Of a stretch of DNA of 64,000 bases, positions 61,442 through 64,000 are shown piece by piece. Source of the stretch: Vicugna vicugna (taxonomy: Eukaryota). Below the pieces are notes generated by a model. That model searched no databases. It saw only the letters and a list, made by a program, of their open reading frames with translations, and was not told the origin of the DNA. The position numbers and the translations under genes are program-made. The DNA is taken from positions 3,300,081 through 3,364,080 of the forward strand of contig MU058718.1 in assembly GCA_013265495.1 (NCBI GenBank). Reading direction: 5' to 3'. Position 1 is the first letter of the stretch, and every line of letters starts with the position of its first letter.

Positions 61442-64000
61442 AAAGCGGTTCACTTTTATAAAGATTATCATACATTTATTTCATGCAGCTTTCTATATCT
61501 TTCTTTCACATTCTAATAAAGTTAATTGTTTTAAAAGAGAGAAAGGTACTTTAGGAGACACAACAATCAAACATATGTGGACCTTGTTTGGATACTAATT
61601 TGAACAAACCAATTATAAGATATTTATGAGATAATCAGGAAAATGAGAACACTGACTGGATCTTTGATGACATTTAGGAATTATTGTTTAATTTCAGATG
61701 TGATAGTGCTACTGTGTGTTTTGGAGAAAAGGTGATTATTTAAAGATACACGCTGAAGTATGTTAGATAATGTTTGAGATTCACTTTGAAATAATACATT
61801 GGGGGTAGAAATGGCAGATCAGGGTTATAAATGAAACAGATTGGCCAATGTTGATAACAGTTGCAGACTGGTTGCAGAGTACCTGGGAGGTCATTATATT
61901 ATTACCTCTACTTCCACATGTTTGAAAATTTCTGTTAACAAGAAGTTTCTTTTATTGACATGATTTGGATGAGTTGTCCATAAGCAAAAAAGAAAGATGG
62001 ATCCCGAGTTCTGTGTGTGGATGTCTCGAGCAGCTTCCTCTCTCTTCAGTGAACTGCTCTGAAGATTATCCCACCACGGAACAGTCGTTGAAGTCAACCA
62101 GAACTTCAGGCTAGGTGTCAATTTCAGAGAAAATGTCCCTGGGTACCAAATGTCCCAACACTTCCTTCACATCAGACTGGCAAAATAAAACATGTTTTAG
62201 CTTCTCTGTGGAGGGCTGGAGACTGTGAGCAGAGGCTCCAGCGCAGTGAGTATACCGTCCAGGAGCTGTCGCCCTGATTGGTACCTTACAGGACGGAACC
62301 TTCCATTCCATGCTGCAGAATTTCAGGTCCAGACACAAAATCTGTCTCTGAGATGCCTCCCACACTGGTTGAACAGCTGCTCAATCTCAAGTTAGTCCTG
62401 AAAGTAAAACATAATAATATGGGTTGTTTTTTAAGGGCTCACTGCCTCAATTTTGTCATGCTGGCATCAGCACCATATGCCTACTGGTGTGGCAAATTGA
62501 GAAGAAAATGTTTTTATGACCAAGCTGCTGATTTTAAGAATAGTGTATCTAATGAGCCAGCTGTGATTAGACAGAAAAACATTAATAATGATTTCTGCAG
62601 TTTATTTCATCCTAAACAGTTTTCAAATATTACTCTATCTTTTCAAAATTGTAAAACAGATATCATACAGATGGCCTATTTGATGGGTTCTGTTTTAAAC
62701 AAGACACCTGGTTGATCATTGTTTTTATCAAAAGGCAGGAAAAATCATTTATCCCAGGTCAAATGGGCAGAACTAAAAATAAATTATGATTTTGACAAAA
62801 TGATGTACATTTTATCAGACAGTGTTGTCAGTTCATGCAGATTACAGTGATTTGTCCCCTTAGAACTTGAAAATAAGGGATATAAAGATTGACTTGAGCA
62901 TTAAACTATGCAGTCAATATATAGTGATCAGAGCTGAGAATGCACATCTGCTTAGAGACCAGATAGCTGTCAGGTCAGCAAGACTGGGCTGTGAAAGAAT
63001 GACTGTATTATGAAACCTAAGGATGTGTTCACCCAAAGTGCATGGGAGGAGGTGATGTTGATCCATCATAGAAATACAGGGAAAAAAGTGTCACTAAGGC
63101 AAGTGTTGGCTGTGTGTGTTTCAACATTGTTCAGGGACAGGGGCTTTAGCCAGTGGCTGAGTGACTTGAGTCTTAAAGTAAGATCACCTCTAATGTGAGC
63201 CAGATGCCTCAGGCTATGGAGACTCAAGGCAGAGCTTGAAACTAGAGTACTGGACAACTAACCCGGCTCACAGTCAGATTTGTCTGCTCTGTTACGTCCT
63301 CTTTTAATATTCAAATTAACTAGAAACATTTTTTTTTAAGTGAAAAGACTTTACAGCAGATTCTCCATTTATTTTCTTGAAAAGGCCCCCATTTCCACGG
63401 GGCAAAAATCAGCGAGAACTGTGTTAGAGCTGTCACCTTCAGACAGCTCTCTGCCATCCACGGTCCCCGCCAGGCACCTTCACTCAACTCTCATACCTCC
63501 CTGGCCCCTGGATGCATCTATGTTGGCTGCCCCTAGCTTCATACCTTCAGCTACTTCCTGTGTTCTGAGTCCATGCTCATCACACAGTCTTCTGGTTCCA
63601 GCCTGACTTCTGTTGTTTGTCTTCTACAGGGAGAAAATGAGCTGGCCATGTTGATGTGAGGACTCCTGCCTACATGGCAGTTGTATGTTTCATGGCACAG
63701 TAAGAATCTGGCATTCTGATTTTACACATCAGTCTCCGGTAAGTCAGCCTTGGAGAGATGGATCTACTCCTGGTATAACAACAAAACCAAGTGTCAGTCA
63801 CCAGAGCTGACGATCAAACTTCCACGGCTGCTAATCTCAGACAGTGCCATGCTCCCTGGTGCAGTGACTTGGGACTGAACTACCCAATGTCACCATATAG
63901 AATCCTCCACAAAGAGGGTATTTTCCAATTTTTATTTTATTTAGAGGGTACTATATGCTCTAATTTTGTTTCATAAATCACATTCACTTACACTGTGCCT

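Larger units (their letters stand above)
58215..61935 (+). mobile_element. Fragmented ancient L1M (L1MC/L1MD-type) 3'UTRs hosting younger L1 inserts
   Basis: tctggcagacacaccttacccaagtaatcaaa; cctattagcaatgagcatccctagtgccca; aacactgactggatctttgatgacatt. Confidence 0.65.

Overview
Mammalian genomic DNA, most likely camelid (Camelus/Vicugna/Lama), judged from two Vic-1-type tRNA-derived SINEs. The only protein-coding sequence I can support is coding exon 1 of TMX1 (minus strand, 2227-2378) in a CpG-island promoter, with intron 1 running off the left edge. The remaining ~61 kb is upstream intergenic DNA dominated by transposon relics: MIR, L2, old and lineage-specific L1, MaLR/ERVL/ERV1 LTRs, an ERVL gag relic and hAT MITEs. 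Nearly all ORFs in the supplied track are chance or decayed L1/ERV fragments. I found no evidence for a novel multi-gene system, CRISPR array or RNA gene. The most unusual structures are: (1) a ~320-bp TSD-flanked L1 whose extreme 5' end is fused to its extreme 3' end, which looks spliced or non-autonomous; (2) a six-layer nested insertion stack at 36.2-39.0 kb containing an unidentified ~490-bp retroposed RNA; (3) several strong + strand exon-like units suggesting an unannotated spliced transcript; (4) fold-back palindromes, a micro-retroposition and candidate CTCF/RFX/CRE sites. Repeat family names come from remembered consensus sequences, not from a search. Boundaries without a stated TSD are approximate.
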